A DNA stretch of 64,000 bases from Chrysomallon squamiferum (GCA_012295275.1 CM022677.1:8866001-8930000), one strand, 5' to 3'. Shown: positions 26,883-42,815, counted from the first letter of the stretch. Made by a program: numbers and translations. Notes: generated by a model not told the origin, from the sequence alone.

Positions 26883-29800
26883 ATAATAATAATAATAATA
26901 ATAAAGTAATAATAATAATAATAATAATAGGCGCTATTATTACTCCTGCTATTGTTACTACTACTACTACTACTACTACTGCTACCACTACTACTACTAC
27001 TGCTACTATTATTGTTAGTATTACTACTACTACTACTATTATTATCATTACAACTACTACTACTACAGTGATAGTGCTGTTTTACTTTATTCTCACGTTT
27101 TGGCTTTTTTCTCTGTGGGTAAGGCGCAGTATCTCTGGACACTGGCTTGGTTTACCCCGTACGTTGAGGTCCAGCCCACTGCCGCGCCCACTATGAGCGA
27201 CCAGAACGCGTGACGTTCTGTCGGGTCAAAACTGAAACTAGTAAACAATTTAAATACATAAACAAACACACAAACAACTGAATAAACAGAGTAAAATGAA
27301 ACAAATATCAGATAAATAAATAAATAACATACTGAAAGAGACTGAATATGTTATTATTTCATTAAATACTATAATGGTAATGACTTATATGACGTATTTA
27401 GATAAGTAAAACAAAACAAAGAATTATACCTATGTAAGTTTAAATTGGTAAGTTTAAATTGGTAGAATTAGTACTACAGCTACAACGACTGTTATTAGCT
27501 ACATATTAGAGCTACTTCGATTGCTGATCTACCACGACGACAACTGCTACAGCGCCCTTTGAAATGTACAGCAGTGATACGGTGTATGTTGTACATTAAC
27601 GTGCTATGTGCTATTACTATTATCACCATCATCATAATTAGTATCGTCATCATTCCTGCAATACTACAATAACTACTATTACTATTAATACCACTACTAC
27701 TACCATTACTTCTACCTCTAAACAAATGATCATAGCGGTAATATACAGTGGTACCTCGGGTTACGAACTTAATTCGTTCCAGAATTCAGTCGCAAACCGA
27801 AGTGACGTCAGACACATGAACGCCACTCTCATGATTTGCAGTTATTTCTTTCTACAATGATATGTTTATACTTTCCACCAGCATTGTCGCTTTCACTTTT
27901 TGTTTGTTTTTTGGAGCCATCAAAACCGACGTCAAAAGAAATGTTGTCGTGGCGCGTCACTGTAGCTCGTAACTTGGGACATTATTCGTAAACCGAGACA
28001 AAAATTGACCACAATCACGGTTCGTAATCTGATTTGTTCGTACTTCAAGGCGTTCGTAACCCGAGGTTCCACTGTAACCAGATTTTTTAAACAACCGACT
28101 TTCAAATGTTTTGTTTTAAATTTATCAGATAAAAGATTAGGCGTCGTTTAATTTTTTCTTCAAAAATCTCACAAGATAATTATTCAGAGATTGACAATTA
28201 AAGAAAAGAAAGAACAGTAGTAGAACTTTATGGATGGAAATAACCCTACTTACTTCCAGAACTGAATACGACCCCATTCATCATTGATTCTCCAAACTTC
28301 AGACATACCACCAACATATACAGACCCCTTAAAACAAAATAATTCAGTTACAAATCTTTAAAAAATATCTAATTTACAACGACTACTACAACTACTCACT
28401 TTGCAACTACAACTAATTACTTGCTACACTAGCAATAGTTAATTACTAGCTACACTTGCAATAGTTAATTACTATTACGACGACTGCATCCGCTTTCATT
28501 ACTAATACTGTTTCCTATTATTGTTATTATTGTTATTATTATTATTATTACTACCACTACTACTGCTACTACTACTACCACTACTACTGCTGCCGCTGCT
28601 ACTACTACAATTCATACAAATTACTAGTAGTACTGCCCTGCTACAATTACTACTACGAATACCACTACGATTGCTACTACTTCTAAACCATCAGTACGTG
28701 CTGTTATTACTATTACTACTTACTATTATTATTATACTAGTCATATGATTTTATACACCTACTTGTATAAGAATCGCCAGCAGTCCCGTTACCATGACGA
28801 TGGACTGAAAGACGTCTGTCCATACAACAGCTTTCATCCCACCCTGAATTTGAATAAATAATAATAACAAATAATAATAACAAATTATAATAACAAACAG
28901 TAATAACAAATAATAATAACAAACAGTAATAACAAATAGTAATAACAAATAGTAATAACAAATAATAATAACAAATAGTAATAACAAACAGTAATAACAA
29001 ATAATAATAACAAACAGTAATAACGAACAGTAATAACAAATAATAATAACAAATAATAACAAATAGTAATAACAAATAATAATAACAAACAGTAATAACA
29101 AATACTAATAACAAATAGTAATAACAAATAATAGTAACAAATAATAACAAATAAAAATAGCAAATAATAATAAGTAATAATAACAAATAAAAATAAGCAA
29201 ATAGTAATAACAAACACGAATAACAAATAATAATAACAAATAGTAATAACCAAATTGTAATAATAAACAGTAATAACAAATAATAATAACAAATAGTAGA
29301 AACCAAATAATAATAACAAACAGTAATAACAAATAATAATAAGAAATAACAATGAAGACTTCACCAAAACGAGAACAATATTGTAGATAATGTGGCTAGC
29401 GTATTATGGATGTGTGTACATCGATAGTGTATTACTACCAGTATCACTATTACTATATTACTAATATTACTAAGTACCTAACTAATTAGTCTGTTCTATT
29501 ACCACTATTACAGCAACAGTCATTAATACACCTACTACTACTAAAATTATAATTATTACTTTTAATATTACTGTTACTTCCACTAACACTACCATTACAG
29601 TTTTTACCAATACAAGTACATTTTTCAGTACTACATACAACTACTGTAGTCAGTAATTAAAACTATGACTGGATTAATATAATTCTTTAAAGGGGTTAAA
29701 GAATTATTAAAGTAATTTGCCACTGTCCAGGAAAAACCATGAAACTTAACTGATACTGCAATCTATAAAGACACCGATTCTCCCCCGTTATAAATACTGT

Positions 29801-30046
29801 TATGGAGATTTCTACGATTATTAAGGAGAAATTTCGACCAATGAAACTAAAGAATACTCACCAGAGTTGTGTAGAAAGTCGACACTAAACCAACCGTTAC
29901 AATGGTTGCCCACACTGGAAAACCTGTCACTGAAATGTTATTTATTTATTTGTTTGTTTATTTGTTTATTTGTTTGTTTGTTTTTTTGTTTTAATTTTCT
30001 TTTCTTTTATTATGTCTGTTTATTTATTTATATATTATATTAAAAT

Positions 30047-30136
<90 letters not shown>

Positions 30137-30321
30137 CACACAATACACACATGCGCACAGTAACAGGCACGAACGCACACTTACGTTATATTGTATAGTT
30201 AGTGATCATCATATCGGTCTAAATAATAATTGTACCTACCAGCTTCTAATGCTGTAGAAGGCGAATAGGTCGCTATACCCATGTACATAATCTGCAAAAC
30301 AACAACAACAACAACGACAAC

Positions 30322-30370
<49 letters not shown>

Positions 30371-30508
30371 TTATACAACCTATAAATATGAACAATCTTA
30401 CTCCAGTTCTTTTCAAACAACAAAAAACCACTTTGATATTTATAATTTCAGTTAGTTTTCAAAGCTGTTTTGAAATTATTTCGAAATTCAAGGATATAAA
30501 TTTATTGA

Positions 30509-30569
<61 letters not shown>

Positions 30570-30902
30570 GCCATAATAGATCACAGTTCTTAGGGAAAAA
30601 TTTTAAAAAAAATTAAAAATATAATAAAAACAATACTTCAAAGTGAATTACCTGTTGTACAATCATTAGACATGTTCCTGTCAGCTTAGCCGCCCTCGAC
30701 TGGAAGCGTTTTTCTAAATACTGAAATTAGCAACAGAAGTAGTTGTAAACAAATATATTACAAATATTTATTAGTAATAGATTTAACGTTATTATTAGTA
30801 ATAGAAAGTCACTAACAGTATTTACTTATTTAGTAGTAGGAGTTATATTAGTAACAGTAGTAACAGTAGTACTAGCAAAAGTAACTGATAATTCTGGACA
30901 AT

Positions 30903-30953
<51 letters not shown>

Positions 30954-31407
30954 TATTAATACATACATACATAAATATACAAATAAATAAATGGAAAAAA
31001 AAACCTAATTAATTAATAAATGAGTAGCATTCAAAATGTTCTTCATTTAATTGACGTACCTCGAAAGAACTGGTGAGCTGAAGGGAAAATAACAAAGGAA
31101 CAAACAAAATGGTGGACAGGACTATAGCTATGCATATCCCAATAGTGTACAGCGCATACTCCGTACCATTGCTGTACATTTCAGCCGGGGTTCCCAAAAT
31201 CAGGATTGCACTCATGAACGAAACAAGGATCGAAATAGCTACTGGAATAATTTTCATGCTTTTGTCCGCCATAAGAAATTCTTTTGTTGTTTTTTGCCTC
31301 CCTCCCCAGAAAGCGTAAAAAATGCCAATCCCGGCTGAGATGAGTAACATCAGAGAGAAAACGATGTAATCAGCAACTCCAAACGTACGGATAACAGTGT
31401 CGACCAT
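22753..31407 (-). CDS. SLC5 sodium:solute symporter of the SMCT/SMVT/NIS subfamily (sodium-coupled monocarboxylate transporter-like), 16 exons, ~636 aa
   Basis: Exons 31407-31060, 30720-30652, 30291-30240, 29929-29862, 28843-28763, 28327-28254, 27237-27097, 26717-26582, 26117-26032, 25436-25321, 25040-24970, 24663-24577, 24223-24036, 23670-23570, 23347-23223, 22920-22753, all GT-AG and in frame. Motifs [67 protein letters not shown]; C-terminus VQTHL*. Confidence 0.95.
27746..28074. mobile_element. Non-autonomous pogo/Tigger-type MITE (329 bp) in SLC5 intron 6
   Basis: TIRs CAGTGGTACCTCGGGTTACGAAC ... GTTCGTAACCCGAGGTTCCACTG with TA on both sides. Confidence 0.9.
28858..29345. repeat. AAT/AAC-rich minisatellite (aataataacaa/agtaataacaa) in SLC5 intron 4
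   Basis: Directly visible; source of the spurious ORFs at 28737-29367. Confidence 0.9.
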
Positions 31408-31940
31408 TTTGTTTTCTTAATTTGTTTGTCTTAATCTTTTTTCTATGTTTTTATTTTTTTTTGTTTTTTGTTCTTGTTTTTTTTTTTCAGGAACGCCCAA
31501 AAACTTAATGCCGCCTTGGTGAATTGTCACTGAACGACTGAAAGGTGTCACTTCCAAAACGTGGTTAAAGAGTGAAATATAAAGTAATCTTATCATATTT
31601 AAAGTTTTATGATCTCTCGATATGTGAAGTAGCTAAAATATGGCGTCTCAGATTTCTGTTCAGACTTTCTATTTCACAGGACAATATTTAATTTAGATGC
31701 ATTGTGTAAATGAAGGAAATTAAATAAAACTTTAACTGTTTGTTTTTACTGTTGTTTATTATTTTCGTTTTATTTTTGTTTGTTACTGTTTTTGTTGATA
31801 TTTTTCGTTTACTTATTCTAAAAGTTAGGATTGTTATTATTTGTCTTTTTTAATTATTGTTGAAATTTTTAACTGGAGCCTAAAAATATTGTAAAGGATC
31901 GGCAACAATCAAAATTCAGTAAACGTCACGTAGTTTCACC

Positions 31941-31999
<59 letters not shown>

Positions 32000-32271
32000 T
32001 GTTCCTGTTCATCTCTCTCTCTCACACACACATACACACACACGCACACACACTCACAAACACTGGTCGTAGAAACTTCACTTTTATATTTATTATGACA
32101 CATTAATGCTACTTCAGTTGTTTTATTGCCTCTGTGTCATTACCAACTGCACGCAGAGATTTTTATAGCTATTGTTCATAAGTATGATATAGATTTTTAA
32201 CCGACACATACTTAAATGAATATTTCTAACATATATTTTTTATTATTTTCTTTTGTTTGTTTGTTTGTTTG

Positions 32272-32336
<65 letters not shown>

Positions 32337-32704
32337 TAAAATTACGTTTAAAATTAAAACAATTCAAAAAACAAATCGGATCTTTTTTCATTATGGTTTT
32401 CTTATTATTTTAAGAACAAAATAAGAATGCATAATGTGTTTTAAAAATGTTCGGTACGTGTTCTCGCTATCCTTAAATTTCAAACCTGGCTATGCCCTTG
32501 ATGGGTGCTGGAGATGTGAAATAGACTTAATTTTACAAACTACATGTTCATAACTTGAAACCCCGTACATATCGTTTTACTAAGACTCATACTGATTATG
32601 GTATTTTTAAGATCATATTATACGCCAGCTCTGAAATACAATTTAGTGAAAATAACGAATGATGCTGCTCGATTGAAATAAGAATGTAAGAACAGATTGA
32701 GGTA

Positions 32705-32735
<31 letters not shown>

Positions 32736-32789
32736 CATTGTAGTGTTCATATACTCCTTTATTAATTTCAACAAATAAAATAAAACAAA

Positions 32790-33025
32790 AACACGACCGG
32801 AAGCACACTTTTAATCGTTTGGCTTGTTAGATATTGTGCAAAATAAGCTGACGTCGACATATTGAAATTCTTCGATTCAGGAGGAAGTAACTCTAAATAA
32901 TAAGAATGACAATCCCGCTAAGATACGAAGGTGTCTAAACAAGTTTGTAACTTGAAAACTAAGAGAAACCAAAACTAATTGTCCTTGGATGGAATGTAAA
33001 ATGTAGGAGCCAACTTCTGCATGGT
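32790..33025 (+). promoter_or_regulatory. Probable promoter and 5'-UTR exon of the LRR-RRM gene
   Basis: CpG-retaining patch with ETS-like CCGGAAG (~32797) and CRE-like TGACGTC (~32849); candidate donor ATG|GTAAAG at ~33023. The coding ATG at 35569 lies 7 nt inside an exon with a CAG acceptor, so an upstream UTR exon is needed. Confidence 0.45.
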
Positions 33026-34134
33026 AAAGTATCTAAGTTTATATATTTTCTCTACTCATAATGACGTTAACAGAATTCTTAGCAGAGATATTGGACATTA
33101 CCGATCTCGTAACAATTTGTAATTACGTCCATTATAAATATGGTGATTTAAACTTAGTGAAAAATTTGGTTATTTGCATTTTAAAATATGGATATAGATA
33201 ATAATATAATTATAATATATCGATTCGGTAGACGAGCTCATCTGAATTTCGGTAACATTTTTTTTTTATAATTTATAATTATCATTGTCAGCATTGTATT
33301 ATTGTTATTGTTATTGTTATTATTATGATGATTATTATGATTATTATTCTTGTCATTTAAATTTGCTATTGATAATTTTTTTTTTCTGTAATTTTTTTTT
33401 TTATTCAGTTACTTAGTTTTTGTATTTTAAATATATAAACTGTTTATATTATCTTAATTCTTCTGTCTTCTTGTCTCTTATTCTTTAAAGTTTTCTTTAA
33501 AGTTATTTTATTGTTTTTTTTTAACCTATTTACCATGATTATTGTTTCTTGTTATTTTTCTACATTGTAGTTTCTTCATAACCTTCATTTTCTTAATTTG
33601 TGTTCCTCTTGTCTGTATTTATTTTAATGATAATCAAGATTTTGTAATATACAATTTACATATTAATTTTCAGTCTCCCAGTTTCTGTTCATAGTTTTTA
33701 TTCTTCTTTCTTTTTGTTTCTTCATATTTTAAATTCTGAAATTTTATTATTTATTTATTTAACCATTCTTATTTCTTCTTCATTCTTGTTTCTTATTCAT
33801 CATTTCCAAGTTTCTGCTTATTCTTTTATCTTACCTTTATTTGTTATTTACTTCTTTTTTTTTGAAATCACTTAAAATATACTTTATTTTTTTTCTATTA
33901 GTTCATCAGTTGTCTTTCTTTTATCATTTTTATTTCTTTTTCTTTATTTTATTTAATTTATTTATTTTTTTGTTGTGTTTTTTTCTCCTGCTTATTTTAT
34001 TTAAAGCATTAGAATTCTTTTTTAAATGTTTGTGTATGTATTTATATTATTATACATATTTTAACTATAATACTGATTTATTTATTTATTTCTTGATTTA
34101 ATATTTTCAATCTCTTCAAATTATTTTACTTTAT

Positions 34135-34185
<51 letters not shown>

Positions 34186-34394
34186 TTTACAAGCTAGTTA
34201 TATTTCTTTTTATTATTATATTTCTTCATGTCTCTTCTTTTTCAAATAATCTTTGGTCAGAACTTACACTTAGTTACAGCACTTAAGAAATACAAAATTG
34301 AACATAACAATATTGCTACATTATTCAGTATTTTAATAATAGATTTTCTGTCTTCCTAATTAGAGACCTGTTTCCACTGATGATATCATATTTC

Positions 34395-34443
<49 letters not shown>

Positions 34444-34453
34444 GTTATTAATA

Positions 34454-35219
34454 AAGTGGTACCTTGACTTACAAGTTTAATTCATTCTGTGACCAAGCTC
34501 TTAACTCAGTTTGCTCATATATCAAATCAGTTTTCCCAACTGAAATTAATTGAAATACCATTAATCCGTTCCAGTCCCCCAAAAACCAACTTTTTTTTTT
34601 TTTTTTAATTTGTTTTTAAATAAGAAAAATGATTATAAATGACAAATATTGTACAAAACAAAATAAAAGATAATGTAAAGAAATAAATTGGTTTTGTAAA
34701 GTGTTTTTATCTTGGAGATCAGACAAATTTTAAATCCTTTAGCTGCAGTTACAGCCTTTATCAAATCCTTCAGCTTCAGTATAGTAGATATCGCAGAAGT
34801 ACTACACTCATACTGCCTAGCCGAAGTCAACTACATGTACACCTTGCTCATGTTTTTCTATGAATTCAAGCTTTAATTCAATGGAGATCATCCACATCTT
34901 CTTCTCAGCACTGTCCTTTGCTCTCACTTTCTAAGGATCCATGGCCAGGAAAAAGAAATTTGACAAAATACTGCACAAAATGCAAGCACAACAGAACATA
35001 GATGCTTCTGTGGTGACGTAATCACGTGAAGTAAACACGTGAGACATGAGATGCTGGGCGAATGTTATGTTGTTCGTTGCAGCAACTAGTGGCGGTGTAT
35101 CTGAAGCTCGCTCTTAACTAGAATTTTGGGTCACAACTCAAAGCAAAAAATCGACTGAGTTACTGCTCACAACTCGAAAAACTTGTAAGTTGGGCCACTC
35201 GTAAGTCGAGGTACCACTG
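34454..35219 (-). mobile_element. Internally deleted pogo/Tigger DNA transposon with a CENP-B/HTH_psq transposase N-terminal remnant
   Basis: TIRs aAGTGGTACCTTGACTTACAAGT ... ACTCGTAAGTCGAGGTACCACTG, TA flanks; minus strand from 34942 reads MDP*KVRAKDSAEKKMWMISIELKLEFIEKHEQGVHVVDF / ARQYECSTSAISTILK (one stop, one frameshift). Confidence 0.88.
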
Positions 35220-35568
35220 TATTATTATTATTATTATTCCTGCTGACACCAATGAAAACAGTTCTATTTTGAGCTGCTGAACTATCCTGAACAATAATGA
35301 AGTTGTAAACTTATATTGTCATAACACTAACAATATATTTTGTTTTCTGAAAATTATTATTATTAGTGATTGGTTTAGAACAACAATCTTATTATGATAA
35401 CTTGTTTGTTACTCTTAGTGTGTTTTAAATAGTTACAAATCATTTGGAGAAAATATTTTATGACAGTTGTATTTCTATTTGCAACCATGTTTTCTCTTGA
35501 TTTCAAGGTCTGCCCTCTGTTAATCTTTTGTTTTATTTTATTTTTTTTATTATTTACACAGAACTGAC

Positions 35569-37739
35569 ATGGGTTTCATATCATCAAAAATGAAACAGCA
35601 GTCAGCACCAACAACACCAGTCTCACCATTAGACCCAAGACAGACTGACACCACCACACCAACCAGTGAAAACTCAAACTCCTGTGCCAAGAAACATCCA
35701 GATACACTAGAAAAGAAACCAGAAACACCACCACCCATTGCGAGAGGTATTTCAGTAAAAATAATGTCTAAGAAAGAAAGTGAACAAACTGCTGAAACAA
35801 CTCTGACAAAAGAAAAGAAATTAGTTTCAAAACTTTCTTTTGGTAAGGGTGACAGCATGGAAGATATGGATCCACAGCCACAGAAGAAGTTTGATCATGT
35901 GATTCGACTTTCTAATCTTCTTGTGAAACCAGAGTTTTTGGTGAATGCAGCCATACCAAGTGTCACAAGACTTAAACTATCACAAGCTTTACCACCAATA
36001 TATCCACTTAGTCAGATTTTAAAATCTTTAAACAATATTCAGGTAAATATGTCTGTTAGTCTGTCTGTCTGTTTCTCTTTCTGTCTGCCTCCCTATTTAT
36101 TTTTGTTCTTTCTTTCCTTGAAAATGTTCAGATAAATGTTTGTCTTTTTAAGAATCTGTCTATATATTTGTATCTCTACTTACTATATACTTATCTGTTT
36201 GTCTGTTTTTATGTCTGTATTTGTATTTATGTATCATTTCTTATTTGTTCCTAATTAGCAAGTTTTTAGTGTTCTTTCTTTTTTCTTTTTTCTTTTTTTA
36301 GAATTATTTTCAAAGTTGTAATATTTTTGTAGTATAACAAAGAAAGAAAATATTAGATATAATCTTTCTAAGTTCTCTTTAAATGATTCTGAACATAAAT
36401 AGCTTAAGAATCTCAGTTATTTAAATAATTTAAAATTTATTTGTAGTTTTAATTTATAAAAATGCTCATAGTTTTAGTAGACAGCTGATTATTTTTATTT
36501 TATTTATTTATTTATTTATTTTCTTATTATTTTTTAATTTATTTAAAATATAAACATACTGAATTACATAATATTCACATTAATTATTATCAACCTTTTC
36601 ATTATTTTATTTAAAATTACAACCTAATGAATAATTTAGTGTTTTATCTTTTCATTAATTACTAAATTTCTATTTTTTGACATAGGTTTTGAATTTATCA
36701 GGAAACAGTTTTGGACCCCAGGCTTTCCGAGCTGTGTGTTTGGCAATGTGTTCTAACACAACAGTGATCTTCCTTAGCCTTGCTGCCAACAAAACAGACA
36801 CAGAGAGTGCTGTGAGTAATCTTAATTATAACTGTTATAAAATGTTTTATAATAATAATAATATAATAACAATTATTATATATTTATTATTATTGTCATT
36901 ATTATTGTTATTATTATTATTACATTGTCTAGTATTATCAGTTAGCTACTAATATTGCTACTTCTGCTACTACCACTGTTACAACTGTTACAATTGTTAC
37001 TACTCTTACTACTCTTACTAATATTATTCCTACTAATGAAAAAATAATTACTAACTGCGACTTTCAAAACACTAAATCTATTAACAATAACTGCTATTAT
37101 ATGTCTGTTTACCACTACTTCTGTTTCTGCTATTTCTACTGTTACTACTAACACTACAACTATTACCACTGTTACTACTAACATACAACTATTACCACTA
37201 TTACTACTACTGGTACAACTACTATTACTGCCGTTGATACTTTTACTGCTGTTAAAACGTTACAGATGTCTTCTACTAATTATATTTTAATAATAACAAT
37301 TAGGTAAGTGTTAACAATTTGTGTTAATAGTTTTTATTAGTGATACACACAACTTGCACATTGAGTGTTTTGTTTGTAGGACTGTGTAGGCAAGATGTTG
37401 TTGGTAAACAGGACACTGGAGTATTTGGATGTGTCGAGTAATTCTCTAGGAAATGATTATTTCTCTCGCTGTGTCAGTCCAGCTCTTAAAGAAAACACAA
37501 CACTGAAAACTCTCAGGTTTTCTTCTTCTTTCTATTTTCATTTTTCTCTTACTTTCATCTTTTAATTTTTTTGTATTTCTTCCTTCTTCTTGCACTTTGG
37601 TTTCTTCCTTTCAGCTTCTTGTCATATTCTGCTTCATTAATTTGCTTTCTCGGTCATCTTGCTTTTTCTTTGTCTGGTTCCTTTCTTTTATGTTTTCCTT
37701 CATTATTTTCAGTTTTAAATCTTTTTTAAATCTTTATTT

Positions 37740-37796
<57 letters not shown>

Positions 37797-37885
37797 CTTT
37801 TTCTCTCTCCTCTCAGAAACATTAGCACGTACTCAAGAATCTAAATTTTGTATTACATTTTTTTTTTTTTAATTTAGTAACTTTC

Positions 37886-37916
<31 letters not shown>

Positions 37917-38230
37917 TTTTCAGAGCTAAGAGTGTAGGCTCCACTGATATGAAACTTCTATCATCGACTCTTGTAGAAAACACTGGACTCACAGAACTAG
38001 ATCTGTCTAGTAATGGATTATCTGATAAAACTGCTCTTGCTAAAGGACTGGCTGCTGCTTTAAGGGTGAGAGGAGGTTTCAGAACTTAAACAGATTGCTG
38101 TGTTCACATGAAAAGTGTAATAGTAAATAATGGTGAAATGTGGTAGTAGTAGTTGATGATAAACAATTACATTAGTTGTTATAACAACAACATCAACAGT
38201 ATCTGCATTAACAGAATCCATCTATCTTTC

Positions 38231-38273
<43 letters not shown>

Positions 38274-38860
38274 ATGTGTATGTTGATGTCTGTATATGTG
38301 AAGTTGTATGGGTGTGCAGGTGTGTGGGTTCTTCCATGGGTATTTGCCTTTATAATTGTTAAGGATATATATCTGTCATCATCTATCTTTCTCTATGCAT
38401 GTATATACAATTTTAATATTAGTTTAATTTCATTAATATTATTCATTTTTATTAACAGAAGCCAGGGTGTTTGTTACTGTCTGTAAGTGTCAGTCAGTGT
38501 AATATGAATGACGTTGGTCTACAAGATTTGTGTACTGCAGTCACAGAAAATTCTTCTCTCACTGAACTCAATATCAGCAGCAATCAGGTGGGTGATTAGA
38601 TTTATCTACAGTCATAACCACTGATAAAAATTATTCAGTCGGATCATAGAGAAATTAGCCAATCAAAACAGAATGATTAATCAGAACTGATTAACTGAAT
38701 ATTATTTTTGTTTACATTATGCATATTTTAGTCATTAACATCAAATTATTTTCTGCTTAATCTAATAATCTTGTGAATTACTATTATTGTTGTTATTATT
38801 ATTATTATTATTAGTTAATATTATTATTAGTAGTATTATTATTATTATTTATTATTATTA

Positions 38861-38910
<50 letters not shown>

Positions 38911-39092
38911 TGTTACTATTTGTTTTTATTACCAGCTGGGATCACTTAAACTTGTAGCTCAGTTTTTGTCTGCTGTTTTCAATCATCCAAAGATGACAGC
39001 TTTTCATCTGAATGATGCAAAAGTTAACAACCAAACACTTACTGTTGATGGTAAATTTAGATGTGTAAAATATATATATTATTATATCTTAT

Positions 39093-39167
<75 letters not shown>

Positions 39168-41103
39168 GTAAATATATATGTATATACACACATACATATC
39201 TTACACACATATACCCACTTAACGTATATTTCATTCTTTAGCTATCTAGATTTGACAAATTTCTCATTATTATATTTTTTTTCTTTTTTCTTTTTCTGCT
39301 GATAGTTAAAATACAGTTGCCAAGTTTCATAATACTGTTTCTCATTATTTCAGATATTCCAGATTCCAAACCAGTCACAAGTTCTCTACAGGAATTAAGT
39401 CTGAACTCCAGTTGTTTAACCAACCAGCTGTTTGAGTTTCTGGTAGAACATTTCCATGGAAAACTCCTTTCTTTGAAAGACGTGGACATTGGAAATAATC
39501 CTGATCTTTCGATATCTGTCACTGATGATTTAGTTACGCTCACTTCAGGTATTTTTTTTTTTTAATTTTTAAAATTTTATAATATTTAAATATTTATCAT
39601 AAATATTTTACTTAATCCTCATCTTTGTGTAGCTGTTATTGACTGTTTAGTTAAACTTACTTAGAAGATTAACTAAACTTTTTATTATGAAATAATTGTA
39701 TGTAGACCTTTTTCATGTATTTAAATAAAAATAAATTATGCTCTTGGAAATTAACTCTCTCTCTCTCTCTCTCTCTCTGTCTTCATCTCTGACTCTTTTT
39801 TTTCTTTTCTCTCTCTCTCTTTCAGGCTTTCTTTTCTCCTAAACATTCTTTCTGTCTGTAAATTTTTCTTTTCTTTTATTTGTTTTCATTATCCATCATT
39901 ATCTACCTCATGCTACTTAACACTCTCTCTTTCTTCTCTGTATTTACTTTCGTATTTATTCTTTGTCATTCTATTTGTAACTGTCTGGCATCTCAGTGTA
40001 TTTGTCCACTGTCTGGTATTTAGGGTGAGTTTCTGTCTGACTTTGTATGTATGTCTCTATGTGTGTTTTAGTATGCATTGTATGTATATATACGAAAGAT
40101 GAATTATTTTATTTTATTTCATTTTTATGAAGATGAATCAAATCAGAGTTCTGTTGAAAGGCTCACATACGGCATGAACGAAGCTGATGGACTCACAAAG
40201 AAACTGTCCACAGAGAAATTTACAAACTTGAAATATGTCAATTTAAGAAAAGCAAAACTAAACTCTAGTACTTTTGGACAATTACCTTTGTTGATGTCAC
40301 TGACTCAGCTAGCAACCATTAACTTAGATGGGTTGAGAATGGCTGGTACAGAGGCAGTGAAAGCCATTTGTGGTCAGTAGTAGCCATTTGATTCATTAAA
40401 AGTAACTGTTACCTATTTTAATTTTGAAAATGTTTTTAAATAATGAATGCAATTTGATTAAGATTCTGAATTAAGAATATAAATAAATGTACACACAGAC
40501 ACACACACACATACACATACAACCACATTTAACATATAAGTTGTTTCAAATATAAATTCAGTTCCTTTCTATGTTTCATTTGTCTCTTTTCTTGTTTATA
40601 AGTGAAGTGTTTTGGTTAAACTGACTTTGTTACTCTGGCTAATTTTAGAAACTCTACCAAATAGTCATGTGACAGCTTTAAGTGTTGGAGGTTGTTCATT
40701 GGCTGATGCAGACCTTGACCCTGTCTGTCAAGCAATCAGAAATGGTGCACAACTGCACATGCTGAAGTTATCAGCCAATCGGATTACGGATGTGTTAATA
40801 ACACAGTTTGTGGAGTCCATGTTGAAACATAAGAAACATCCACTCAGTGTTCTTGATTTATCTGATAATGCTGTATGTGGTTTTTTATTTATCATATTTA
40901 CAAATAATGGTATTTTCTCTTCATTTTTACTTATATCTACATCTTGCTCTGACTCTGAGTCTCTCTCTCTTCATCTGTCTTATATATATCATTTTCTCTC
41001 TCTCTCTGCCTTTTATAATGAACTTTGTAATTTTAGCTTTATATATTATATTTATATTCCAGAGAGTGAGTATGTATGTATCAACAGTAATGATAATAAT
41101 TGT

Positions 41104-41136
<33 letters not shown>

Positions 41137-42815
41137 GTTGGTTGGTTTATATGTTTAACTGCTTTGTACAAAATACTCAGGTCTGTTTTATTTAAATTTA
41201 AGATTGGAACTGATGGTGCTCTTAGTCTTTCTAAACTTTATACCACCAAGGGACACAACTCTGAGTTAAAGAGCTTGAATATTGGTGGAAACTCAGTAGG
41301 TAAGCTTGACATAAAATTAAATTAGTTTTAATACAAAATAATAAAAGCTTGCATGTTTCTGAGATTTATTATATTTATTTTTATTACTATACACACACAG
41401 AGGAGGAAAAATAACACTTCTGAATAGCATCTTGTGTTTTATAATAGTAAAGTTTTCAGTTCTGTGATCATTTGTGACAGAGATGTAATTATCAGCAACA
41501 TGTGATGTGGTGATGATAGTAGTAATAGAAGTAGTAGTAATGTGAGATGATAATATGGTTGTAGTAATAGTAACATCAGCATTAGTAATAATAACAGCTT
41601 CTGTATATCAGTTGTAGTAGTAGCAGTAGCAAAGTAGTAGTAGTAATAATAATAATAATAATAGCTAACATAGTAGTGATAGTGAAAATAAAGGCTAATG
41701 TAGTAGTGTAGAAAAGGAGTTATCATAGCTGTAGTTGTAGTTATAGCTATTGAAGTAGCAGCAGCAGTAATAAGTAGTAGTAGTAGTAGTAATAGCTAGT
41801 GTGGCAGTAGTAATAATAATAGCAGCTCTGCAGTATTAACAGAGCTGCAGTAGCTGTAGCAGCAATAGTCATAATTGTACTTCCTGCTTCCTTACATTTT
41901 ATTTTTTAAATTAACATTTTTTTTATTAATATTTTTTCCTATCAGGGAAGGAAGGACTGTTGTCACTGTTATCAGTTGTTGGGAAGTCATCACCATTGAC
42001 AACATTGTATCTTAACAACCAGAAGAAAAACTTACAAGAAAATGAAATGGAAGAACTTTTCATAAAGCTGGCTGTTGCCATTGGTAATAAATAAATTTAT
42101 TTTAAAAAAAAACCCAATAAAAATAATAAAACAAACAACTAAATAAATAATGATGATTATGATAAAATTAACACAAACCTAACCCTAAATCTTACTTTAC
42201 CCTAATCTAACCTAAGATAATCCAATGGTAAAAATATGAAAAAAAGAAGGAATACTAAATAAAAGGGTTTATTATTGTTAACACTGTTGTTGTTGTTGTT
42301 GTTGTTTTCTTTTAAAATTATTTATATAAATTTAATTAATTTTAAGGTCTCACTGTCAAGAAGTCAGGGGAGAAAATTGAATCATCTTGTAGTTGTCTCC
42401 CTTCAGTTGCAGACAGCTTCCTGATTAAACTGACAGCACTTGGAGGATATCCTGGTAAACAGTTACGGTTATTTTTTTTTTTTTTTAACATTTATATGGT
42501 TCATATTTATTGAAATTTGTCATATCATTTATTTATTTATTTATTTATTTATTTATCTTCCTCTAGGAATGCTGGGTAATATGATGCATTGTCCAGCCAT
42601 TCTCACAGATAAAGGAAACAGTCAACTTCTGACACTGTCACTAGGTGATGTCCTTGACATTGCAGCCACGTTGAAAGGTCATGGTGAGTGATTATATAGT
42701 ATGTAGCTATCTATCTTTCTTTCTATATATCTGTCTGTAATAATAATTGATTGTCTTTCTCATTATTTATTTCTATTTCTGTATTTTCTCTCTCTACATC
42801 TGTATGTTTTTATCA

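Noticed and set aside
42175-42215. Short CCCTAA-like patch
   Set aside because: Only a few degenerate units; too short to call telomeric.
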